From Blepharisma stoltei ATCC 30299 (taxonomy: Eukaryota; Protista; Ciliophora): 64,000 nt of DNA. Below the pieces are notes generated by a model. It did not search any database. It was not told where the DNA came from and saw only the letters and a program-made list of their open reading frames with translations. Of the stretch, positions 54,424 through 64,000 are shown in pieces. The stretch spans positions 744,001 through 808,000 of the forward strand of contig CBFDEM010000051.1 in the NCBI GenBank assembly GCA_965603825.1, written 5' to 3'. A program made the position numbers and the translations under genes. How positions within the stretch are numbered: the first letter of the stretch is position 1; each line of letters begins with the position of its first letter.

Positions 54424-55213
54424 ATTATAACTTGTGATTAGAAAAAGGATTTTTATAGAAATGAAGATTTATATGATATAAATTATTAAAATAGGACATT
54501 TGGCTATTTGATAATTTTAAAAATTATTTATATTGATTTGTCTTTTATATCTACGTAAAAATGATAATTTTTAGAATTTTGGGTTAGTTATTATGCCATG
54601 AGTTAACTTTTATAGAATTAGCTCTAATAAAGACTGATTAACTTTTGGTAGCAAAGGATTAATATTAATTATTAATTTTTCTATTGTTTTTTTGCATGAA
54701 ACATAAAGTTTTGGACTGTTTTCTATAAAAATTAAAGCAAATATCTAGTTATGTTCAAATGTTTGATACTTAATAATCCTTGATCTGCTGAAAAGTATAA
54801 AAAATGTAGAGTGCACAACTGAAAGTGTCAGCTTAAGAAGATATTACCCGATAATTAAGATTATGAGATTGAAATAAATGATCAATAATATCGGACTTTT
54901 AGATGCACTACTATGTCAAGCACTTCCATTATAAAGATTTTTATTTGCTATCTAAAAATTACTTTGATAGCTCACAATAGCTATAAATGCAATTGTAATA
55001 TTCAATAATTTCGCCTTTAATTTTTTCAGCAAAAACAAGATTTATTCTAATAAAACAAATTTAACTGCTAAAACAATGCCAAAATAAGAGAAAATACAAG
55101 GGTTTCAATTGAGAAAAAGGTCCTTCTTAATCTCTATGTGGAATCTTCTCCTGCTTGAGCCAAAAAAGTGACTATAAATTGTTAAAAAGTTAATGAATAA
55201 TAATTTATTTAAA

Positions 55214-55331
55214 CTAGCGCTGCCATTAGAAAGCTGGATATTGCTAAAGATCAGAGCCTGTTATGCTCGAATATTGCCCACCAAATCCTATGGTCAAGCT
55301 TGAGTATTTTTGGAATCTGTACGAATGGCAT
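55214..55331 (-). pseudogene. Chimeric remnant: 5' end of a 4-TM pseudogene fused to the last ~30 nt of a 57670-type gene
   Basis: 55245-55331 is almost identical to 59274-59360. 55214-55245 matches 57670-57701. Confidence 0.85.
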
Positions 55332-56203
55332 ATATTTATTTTCCCTATTAAATTAATCATACATTGATAAATATTTATTTATTTTAAGATTTTTTATTTA
55401 ATTTAAATAAACTTAGAATATATCTAATACAAAAATCATGGAGAGAAAATGCAAAAATGACTAAAAGAGCTTAATATCATAAAAAATTATAATTTATAAA
55501 AAATTGTAAGCTATCAAGATACGATCACAAATGAAATCAAAGAATGATATCATTTAAGTGAATTTTAAAATTATTTTACAAAAAAACATAAATATAGTAA
55601 AATTTTTAAATGTAATTTAAGAAATTCCGATAAGCCAAGAATAGCTTATGTTTACCCCCTCTATTAATTCCAGAAGTTTTTTAATTTAAAATTTATTTAA
55701 TAATTTATAATTGCCGAAAATATAGTAGTTTTATAATATTTATTGCGCTAATTTCAATTACAAAGTAGAAAAAACTATAGGTTTTGGAATTTAATAGAAT
55801 TATTAAGCTTATATATTTGTCTTTAATTTTTAACAATAATCACTTCCAATTGGCCATATTACTGCTCGAATCCTTAGCTATTTTGCGGTATAAATCCCAC
55901 CAACATTAAAATTCGTATTGCGTATCTAGATTTAGGATTTTCAAAATGGGTTTCAAGCATTTTAAAAAATGAAGGATTTAAAGACTTATACGAAGTTCAA
56001 TACAAACTTTTACTATTAAATATCAAAAATTAAGCACAATTTATTGTTTAATCATACTTTGTATTTATAGCCCGAACTCAGGTTATATAAAAAAACTATC
56101 AAAAATTTTATAATTATGAAAACCAATAAAATATTCCAAGATTATTTTTCTTTAATTATACTAATTATTGCTTATATATCAAAATATTGCTAAACTTATT
56201 AGT

Positions 56204-56908
56204 TTATTCCGTTGAAAAGAAATCACTCGCTAAAGACTCATTTATTTCAGCTTGATTTCTAGCTTCCACCAGCTCTTTATATCCTGCTTGAAAAATAACA
56301 ATAAACACCACAACAACAAGAGGCATTACAATCATCAAAGCTAAAGCTACTTCAGCTTCTTTCTTTGCGCATAGATCAGGGACTTGTGAAAAAGTCCCAT
56401 CCCAATCACAGCTCCCGCTATATTTGACTTTTGCTTCAGTAATCCATATTATTGTTCCTGCATAATGAAAACCTATCATTGCGATTGCTTGCATATATGG
56501 CCTATGCAGACTCTTTGCTCTTCCTTTCCCTATATAAATCCATTGAAAAAAGGAATAAGTCCAGAGAAGCAGACATAAAATTGCTAGGACTTCTCCTACA
56601 CTCATATAAATGCTTCCAGCATATAAACTATCGATTACTTTGCAAATTCCGAAATCTCGCCATTGGTCGTTGTCACAGTTATCTTTCCAGTAGTCGTGCC
56701 AATATTTATTGACATCTGTGCTCCCAGAGGTTCCATTAATTTTGAAAAGAGATCCTTTCATCAAGCCACTAGGGCCGAGTTCAACCCATTCGTTTAATAA
56801 TAGGCAGCCGACCATAGAGATGCATATCGAAAGCTGGTTAAGAAAAAGCATTGCCCACCAAAACCGGTTGTCGCAAACTAAAATGTTTGGAATCCGAGCA
56901 AATGGCAT
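56204..56908 (-). CDS. Four-TM claudin-like protein, paralogue 2 (234 aa, tail-less)
   Basis: Highly similar to 53599-54423 but lacks the P/Q/Y tail. Confidence 0.78.
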   Translation of the reverse strand: MPFARIPNILVCDNRFWWAMLFLNQLSICISMVGCLLLNEWVELGPSGLMKGSLFKINGTSGSTDVNKYWHDYWKDNCDNDQWRDFGICKVIDSLYAGSIYMSVGEVLAILCLLLWTYSFFQWIYIGKGRAKSLHRPYMQAIAMIGFHYAGTIIWITEAKVKYSGSCDWDGTFSQVPDLCAKKEAEVALALMIVMPLVVVVFIVIFQAGYKELVEARNQAEINESLASDFFSTE

Positions 56909-57669
56909 ATTTTAATTTGTGAAGGATTTTTATAGAAATGAAGATTTATATTATATAATTTATTCACCAGGTTGTGAAAATAGGACATTTGGCTATTTGA
57001 TAATTTTAAAGATCGTTTATATTGGTTTGTCTTTTATAGTCTACGTAAAAAGATAACTTTTAGAATTTTCGGTTAGTTATTATACCATGAGTTAACTTTA
57101 TAGAATTAACATTAATAAAGACTGATTAACTTTTGGTAGCAAGGGATTAATATTAATTATTAATTTTTCTATTGTTTTTTGTATGAAACATAAAGTTTTG
57201 CACTGTTTTCTATAAAAATTAAACCATATATCTAATTATGTTCAAATATTTGATGCTTAATAATTCTTGGTCTGCTGAAAAGGATAAAAATGTAGAGTGC
57301 ACACCTGAAAGTGTCAACTTAAGAAGATATTACCCGATAATTGAGATTATAATATTGAAAATAAATGATAAATAATATAGGATGTTTAGATGCGCTACTA
57401 TGCCAAGCACTTTCATTATATAGATTAATATTTATTATCTAAAGATTATTTTGATAGCTCACAATAGCTATAAATGCAATTGTTTCCTTTTATTGTTTTA
57501 GATTTATTTTAACAAATTTAACTGTTAAAAAATGCCAAAATAAGAGAAAATACAAGGGTTTCAATTGAGAAAAAGTTCATTCTTAATCTCTATGTGGAAT
57601 CTTCTCCTGCTTGAGCCAAAAAAGTGACTATAAATTCTAAAAAAGTTAATGAATAATAATTTATTTAAA

Positions 57670-58425
57670 CTAGCGCTGCCCCTGGAGAACTGGATATTGC
57701 TGAGAAGCTTGATAACCCTGTGGTGCATACTGTACAGGAGGTATATATCCCGACATCTGAACTGGCTGCCCTTCAATCCTTTCTCTTTCCGCCAAAAGAT
57801 CTTTATACGCTACCTGGAAAACACAAATAAAAACGGTCACCACAATAGGCAAAAAAATCATCAAAAACAACGCAGTGTTCGGCCCATCCTCTGCGCAAAT
57901 TGTAGGAATATCTCTTTTATTCCCGTCCCATTTGCAATCGCTCTTAAACTCCGCATGTGAATTAGCCAGCCACACTATAGTTGCCAAATAATGGCAAACA
58001 ACTACCGTTATAGCCTCACAATAAGGCCTATGCGGTCAGAAGCATCTAAAATTCCCACACTTCATCACAAAGTTTACGAAATACCCAATCCATACAAGCA
58101 GGAAAAAGAAGCCAATCCATTCAAAAGCAGCAAAGCATCTGCCTGCAACGCCTAGATCTTTGACTAGTTTGCAAAGGGAAAACTTGTGGTAACCCTCGCA
58201 TTCTTTATCATAGACGTCCCAGTAATATTTATTTACTGTGGCTCCGACGAACTCTTTTTGGTAAAGCAAGCCTCCTTTTATAATGCTCGGATCTAGCTGA
58301 ACCCACTTGGTTGTGAAAATAGAACCAAGCATGAGGGCAAAAATTAGTATTTGAGACACAAAGAAAATTATCCACCAGATCCTGTAGTCAAGCCTGAAAA
58401 TTTTTGGGATTTCTATGAATGGCAT
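57670..58425 (-). CDS. Four-TM claudin-like protein, paralogue 3 (~251 aa)
   Basis: Two track ORFs are joined by TGA at 58038-58036 (RCF-W-PHRPYCEA). Collinear with paralogue 4. Confidence 0.8.
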
Positions 58426-58944
58426 ATATTATATATAGACTTTTTAATAGGGATAAAATGTCTAAATTAAATGACGTGTAATGATATAGAGATTGCTAGA
58501 ATTTATAGAGATTTAGAAATTATTGGAAAAGAAGAGTTAATAAAGCTTAAGATTGATGAATTGAGATGAGGTTGAAGTAAAAATGGACTGATATTTGTGA
58601 CATCAGACGAGATTAGGAATCATAAGAATGAAATAGCTTATTTAGAAGTAATTTTTCAATAAATTTAATGTTGCTGATATTATTTTGACGAATTTAGAAG
58701 CAAAGACTTTTAATACATCAGCAAATAGTTTTTATGAAGATAAGAGAGATGCAAAAATTTACTGATGTAACGATATCAGACGAGATCAGTATTCAAAGAA
58801 GTTTATTGAGTCATTTGAGAATAATCGTGAGGAAAATCAAATAGTAAGGCTATTTTGACAAACCTAGCTCTAAAAATACAGATTAAAATATAAAAACTTC
58901 CAAGAAATTGTTTTATTAAATTTCTCTACATTTTTATATTTTAT

Positions 58945-59144
58945 TTCCATAAATACATAGAGTATTCCCTTTGAGTTCTTTGAGGAAAGTAGGCTTCCTC
59001 TAATACGCAAGGATTTAGATATACCCAACTAGTAGTACTAATAGACTAAGATGAGGGTAAAAGCAGATATTTCAGAGAGCGAAATACTGCCTGCCAGATC
59101 CTGCATTCGATATTGAGGATTTTTGGAATCTTAATGAATGACAT
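58945..59144 (-). pseudogene. Decayed 5' fragment of a 4-TM family gene
   Basis: ATG at 59144 gives MSFIKIPKILNIECRIWQAVF, then the frame is lost and reaches TAG. The lower boundary is approximate. Confidence 0.75.
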
Positions 59145-59175
59145 ATGCTTAGTTTTATTTTAAATTGAATTAAAA

Positions 59176-59360
59176 TTACGAGGAATTCTCTAAGAGATAC
59201 ATTATGCTCCCTTTTAAGAAATGGGGCTTTAGTTCAACCCAGTGAGTAGTAAAAATTGACCCAAGCATAAGGGTAAAGATCAGAGCCTGTTATGCTCGAA
59301 TATTGCCCACCAAATACTATGGTCAAGCTTGAGTATTTTTGGAATCTGTACGAATGGCAT
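59176..59360 (-). pseudogene. Frameshifted 5' fragment of a 4-TM family gene
   Basis: ATG at 59360 gives MPFVQIPKILKLDHSIWWAIF. After a 1-nt deletion the shifted frame reads IFTLMLGSIFTTHWVELKPHFLKGSIMYL, then is truncated. Confidence 0.8.
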
Positions 59361-60090
59361 ATATTTATTTTCCCTAATATCATAAAAAATTGTAAGCTAT
59401 CAAGATACAATCACAAATAAAACCAAAGAATGATATTATTTAAGTGAATTTTGGAAAAAATACAAAAAATTCAAAAAAGCTTGTTGCTTAAAATTCAATA
59501 GAAAATATTTTTTGCAATTTCTTCAACACTTGATATATCAAATTTTATTTTTATAAATAAATATTCATATTCAGCTGATAATTCTATGAGTTTTGGAATG
59601 TTTATTTAAACTAATTATCCACTTTATTTTCTATACAAAAAAGACAATTCTAATATTTTTGCGATTTAGATAATCTATTCAAAATTTTAGACTTCTATAG
59701 TAACAAGCCAAGGGCTGTAAGCTAGATTTGTAAAAAAGAATGCCTAAAAGAAGCATCAAAGCAAGCCAATGTCTTTGAGCTGAATTCCATTAAAAAATAA
59801 TTATCAGGTTTTCTTATCTATGATATTCACCTCAAACAAAATTACCTTTAAATCCCAATAATCCCCTTATAGAACTAAAAATTATTTTCAAAATTAATAG
59901 AACTAATTTATAAACTTTTTTAAACTCTAAATCCAATCAAAAGGACTTTAAATTATGATAAAATATTTTTTTACCAAATCCTTGAAATTTTGCATTGGAA
60001 TTTGCTCTTATATTATCCGGAAAATTATATGGGATAAGAAGAATTTTTAATAAAATCCCAAATTTAATTTTTGAAGGGTTATCTTAGGTT

Positions 60091-60966
60091 TTAGACTTGG
60101 CCCGGTGCTTGAGGTTGTGGAAATTGCTGATATTGAGGCGGATAATTAGGATATTGCATTGGTGGAGCGAATTGTTGATTAGGTGCCGGATATCCTTGTC
60201 CTATCACTGGAGCAGGTTGATAAGCCTGATAAAACTGTGGAACGGGCTGTACAGGCTGCACAGGCATTGGAGGCATATATCCACCTTGCTGTACCACTAG
60301 CTGTCCTTGATTCTCCCCTCTTGCTGCTATAAGATCTTTATACGCAATTTGGAATACAAAAATAAACACGACCACAATAATTGGTAAAAACACCATCAAA
60401 AATATCGCAATAGCTGGTCCATCCTTAGCACAAATTGTAGGAACATCTGTCTGGCTGCGATCCCAATCACAATCGCTCTTAAACTCTGCATGGGAATTTG
60501 AAAGCCATGCTATAGTGGCTATGTAATGGCAAATAACGACCATTATTGCCTCACAATAAGGTCTATGCAAGCAGCAGCATCGGCAGCTTCCACACTTCAT
60601 AATAAGGCTTAAGAAATAGCCAAACCAAACACATAAGAAAATAAAGCCAATTCATTCGAAAAAGTTGTAAGCGGTGCCTGCTGTATCAAGATCATTGATA
60701 AGTTTGCATAGGGAGAATTTATGCAAATGCTTGCAGCCGTCTTTTTTATCGTAAAAGTGACTGTAAAGCTCGTTTCCGGTTTCTCCGAGTAATTCTCTGA
60801 GATAAAGCATGCTTCCTTTGAAGACTGAGTCATTTAGCTCGACCCAGCTGGTAGTGAACATTGCTCCTAGCATGAGGCAAAAGACTAAAACCTGTGATAT
60901 CCCGAATATTGCCCACCAGATCCTGTGATCAAGTTTAAGGATTTTTGGAATCTGCACAAGAGGCAT
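60091..60966 (-). CDS. Four-TM claudin-like protein, paralogue 4, with long P/Q/Y tail (~291 aa)
   Basis: Two track ORFs are joined by TGA at 60654-60652, aligning with FEWIGF (TGG) in paralogue 3. CGSCRCCC Cys cluster after TM2. Confidence 0.82.
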
Positions 60967-62373
60967 GTATTATTATATCTGATATAAACTCCATGGAGAG
61001 AAAATGATAAAAATGACTAAAAGAGCTTGAAATCAGAGTAAATTAAGAATTATAGAAATCAAATAAGTTTTTTATGAAATAATCGCTAATTATATTAAAA
61101 GATATACAGCTATATACTTTAGTTGAAAATAAAGGTTTCCATAAAGCTCATAATTGAAAAAATTCAATAGAAACTTTCATTCTAAATTCTAATGCGAAAT
61201 TTCATATTTTATTTAAATAACTACTACAGAAAATAGAAATTTAATATCATTAATGTATAAATCTTATAGAAACTTGCAAATTGCTTATGGAAATTTATTA
61301 TATTTTAGAACTTTTAATTTAATATTAAAAATTCACATTAAAAAGCCAGCTTTTTATAAAGCACAAAATTCATCAAGTGTACACTCTATAATGTTCAATC
61401 ATCAAAAAGCTGCTCTAATATCAGTTTAGAATAGTAATAAGTTTTTGAAATCTAGATAACAAATCTTAATCTTGAATTACTTCTCCTCACAGTTTCAGCA
61501 TATTCCGATTTAAGCACATCTATCTCAGGCACTTTTTATCCAAAAAACTTCATAAGTTATTTTAATTAAGATTTTGTTCAATTCAGACAGAAAATCATTC
61601 TGCATAATTGCTCGAATCAGATAAAAAAATTTTCTTTTGGTCTAAGATATACAGCCACAATTATATAGAAGCTATGCAATACTCTCACGGTATAGAAATC
61701 CATTATTATAAGAAAAACATTATAAGAATCAACTCGTCATAAAATAATAGCTCAAAACCTGAATTTAGCCTTATAGTAATTTCGCATAATAAAAACTATT
61801 CTTATACTCATAGTAAATAATACCATAGTTAAAATGTTAAACTGGCTATAACCTTTAGCAAAAAAATATCTTGTCACTTTTAAAGTGGGAAAGCTAATAA
61901 ATTAAGCAGGTGAAGATATTTTCTTAGCTGCTGTATATGTTTGGTTTAATTCAATTAAATATAGTATAAATTTAATCTAAATTCGACATAGAGAAGTTAA
62001 AAAATATATGGAAAGAGTTATGACATATAAAAGTATACAAATTTAATCAAAAAATATAATTAATTTAGCTAATGCAGCTGAAAATATCAAAAAATCCAGA
62101 AATCCTCATAGTTAAAAAACTTCATAGACATATTATTATAATTTCTACAGCCTTAATATTTTGTATTTCAATTTTTACAAATAAATTACTTTTATCGCCC
62201 TAAACGTTTTATATTTATCTTATTTAATTATTTAATCTAAATCATATACAGCAACTAAAAATTTTAATAAAAATAACAGGTTATAGTAGCTAACAGGTTG
62301 TTTGTCATGCTTTATATATTATCGTTTTAATAGTTATGAATTAAAATCTGATATTAAGATCCAGATAAAAAGA

Positions 62374-63987
62374 ATGTCTAGAAGAAGTCAGCCCCGGCAC
62401 CAGGCTCAAAAATCATTACCTATCTGCACATGTACATATCCAAAAACCAGTCAATGATTAGAAGGCCACTGCAGCCTCTGTCTTAAAAAATTAATCAGTT
62501 TTTCGACCCCAGAAAGCGAATCTCAATCCAGAACCCCTTCTCCTCACTTCAAAGACCTGTCTATCCCTATAGATGAAGAGCTCCAAAGTATCGTAAAATT
62601 TAATACACCGACCTCGGACAATTTTTTCAGTTCAAAATCCCACCATAAGCGATCTCACACATCAAAAAACAAAGAAAAAGACGCAAAACCGAGCTATCCA
62701 CAAAGCCTTTATGATATTAAAAATTCAAAATCGTCAAGCGTTTTAATTCCAGAAAAAAAGCCGTTGCATTATCGTCCTGATTCAATTAAAGCAAGCTTAG
62801 AAAATCTTTTGAAAAATCAAAGGTCAAAGTCAATATATGAGTTAAGCCAGCGTGAAGACCAATATTCGAATTATTATACGTATGCCACAAATTCAGATAA
62901 CCATAAAAGACCAAAACATCATGAAAAAGTGTATAAAATTTCACCTAAAAGGTCGCCAGTTCCAGAGCTAAGAATTCCTTTTCAACTCTCATATCAAAGT
63001 GCAGTTGATGAGTATTTTAGTAAAGTTTCAAGCGCAAGAAAAGGAAAATTAGTAGATTTCTCAAGCAAAGATTTTTCCCTTGAAATTTTATTTCTCGGCC
63101 ACAAAAACAGTGTGAATTCTATCGCATTAGGAAAAAACAAACTATGAAGCGCGGGACAAGACTACTTAATTTCTAGCTGAAACTTACCTGACAAAACTAT
63201 ATCTGATCCTTATGCAAATATTTTACACAGCTGACGAGTCGGGTCCACTGTTTCCCCTTTAACTACAACTAAGGCTCACACGAGGAAAATTAACTGTTTA
63301 GAAATAATTGGGAATTCATTTTTAATTTCAGGTGGCAGTGACCAAAAAATCAAAATCTGGAACATTGAAAGAGGGATTTCTTTGGCTTCCTCTATTAAAG
63401 CACATGATGGGAATGTTATTTGTCTTGCGGTTCCTTCTGCGAGGACTTTATTATCAGGTGGAAGTGATGGGTATATAAAAGTGTGGGATTTTGAAAATCG
63501 AAAATTAGCAAAATGTTATGAAGCGCATGATAAAAATTTAACCTGCATGTGTCTTCATGATTCTTCTACTTTTATCACAGGCTCAAACGACACAACTTTA
63601 AAACTATGAGACTTGAGAGCTTCAAGATGCCTATCAACTTTCACAGAGCACGATGGAGAAATTAATTGTATTAAATTGATTGATAAACATTCGTTTTTAA
63701 CAGCTGCAGAAGATAGGACTATCAAGAAATGGGATATAAGGACTTGTGGAGTGCTTGAAAATTTAAAAGTTGACAGTGAAATAAAAAGCATCGAAATAAT
63801 TAAAGGAAAATTAGTAACTGGCGGCAATGGCATCATTGTCTGGGACAATGGAAAACAAAATATTACACAGTTTCATAATCAAGGTGTAAAACAAATTAAA
63901 TATGATGAATACAATGACTGCTTATTCAGTGCCAGCAGAGATGGGAGCATCGCATGCATGAAAGTTCTGTTTGGTGAAGAATATTAA
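62374..63987 (+). CDS. WD40-repeat protein with N-terminal CxC..CxxC motif and low-complexity linker (~537 aa)
   Basis: ATG at 62374 opens a continuous frame to TAA at 63985-63987 with TGA=Trp. GH/AH...SGGSD..IKxWD repeats are present. TGA falls at the WD position (LKL-TGA-DLR at 63607-63609). Confidence 0.88.
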
Positions 63988-64000
63988 AATAATTCCTATA

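Larger units (their letters stand above)
52927..55570. repeat. Segmental tandem duplication, unit 1
   Basis: Coding and non-coding sequence is collinear with 55640-59455 (e.g. cccctctattaattccagaa, tagcccgaactcag, ctgaaagtgtca, tcctgcttgagccaaaaaagtgacta, gtaagctatcaagata). It lacks the equivalent of 57702-59274. Confidence 0.85.
55640..59455. repeat. Segmental tandem duplication, unit 2
   Basis: See unit 1. Boundaries are approximate. Confidence 0.85.

Noticed and set aside
2-63987. TGA as cysteine (Euplotes code), selenocysteine, or a Mycoplasma/mitochondrial origin
   Set aside because: TGA swaps with TGG rather than TGT/TGC, even inside Cys-rich repeats. Gene content and introns are nuclear eukaryotic.
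1-64000. rRNA, tRNA, CRISPR arrays, transposase genes, telomeric repeats
   Set aside because: None recognised by eye; tRNAscan-SE/Infernal on the intergenic spacers (e.g. 61000-62370) would be needed to exclude small RNAs.

Overview
This is AT-rich, gene-dense eukaryotic DNA, not prokaryotic. In-frame TGA codons align with TGG in paralogues and TAA/TAG are the stops, so TGA encodes Trp. There are 15-nt GT..AG introns. Together these point to a heterotrich ciliate macronuclear genome, most likely Blepharisma (inference). The supplied ORF track treats TGA as stop and so splits real genes into many pieces. Re-read with TGA=Trp, 627-46429 is a head-to-tail minus-strand array of giant (~2,470 aa) membrane proteins. 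Their architecture is signal peptide, ~8-9 Notch/LNR-like repeats, Cys-rich module, long GGA(I)/FxxN beta-helix repeat region, conserved RxLx[DE] motif, Cys-rich stalk, ~8-9 hydrophobic segments and a cytoplasmic tail. The array has five full copies, one 5'-truncated but open copy and a decayed 3' remnant of a seventh. Other genes are the 3' end of a K+ channel (SK-like), a hypothetical protein, a FOP/CEP43-like centrosomal protein, two choline/ethanolamine kinases, a cluster of four claudin-like 4-TM genes with three pseudogene fragments (largely inside a segmental duplication), and a WD40 protein. All domain calls are by eye; no database search was run.
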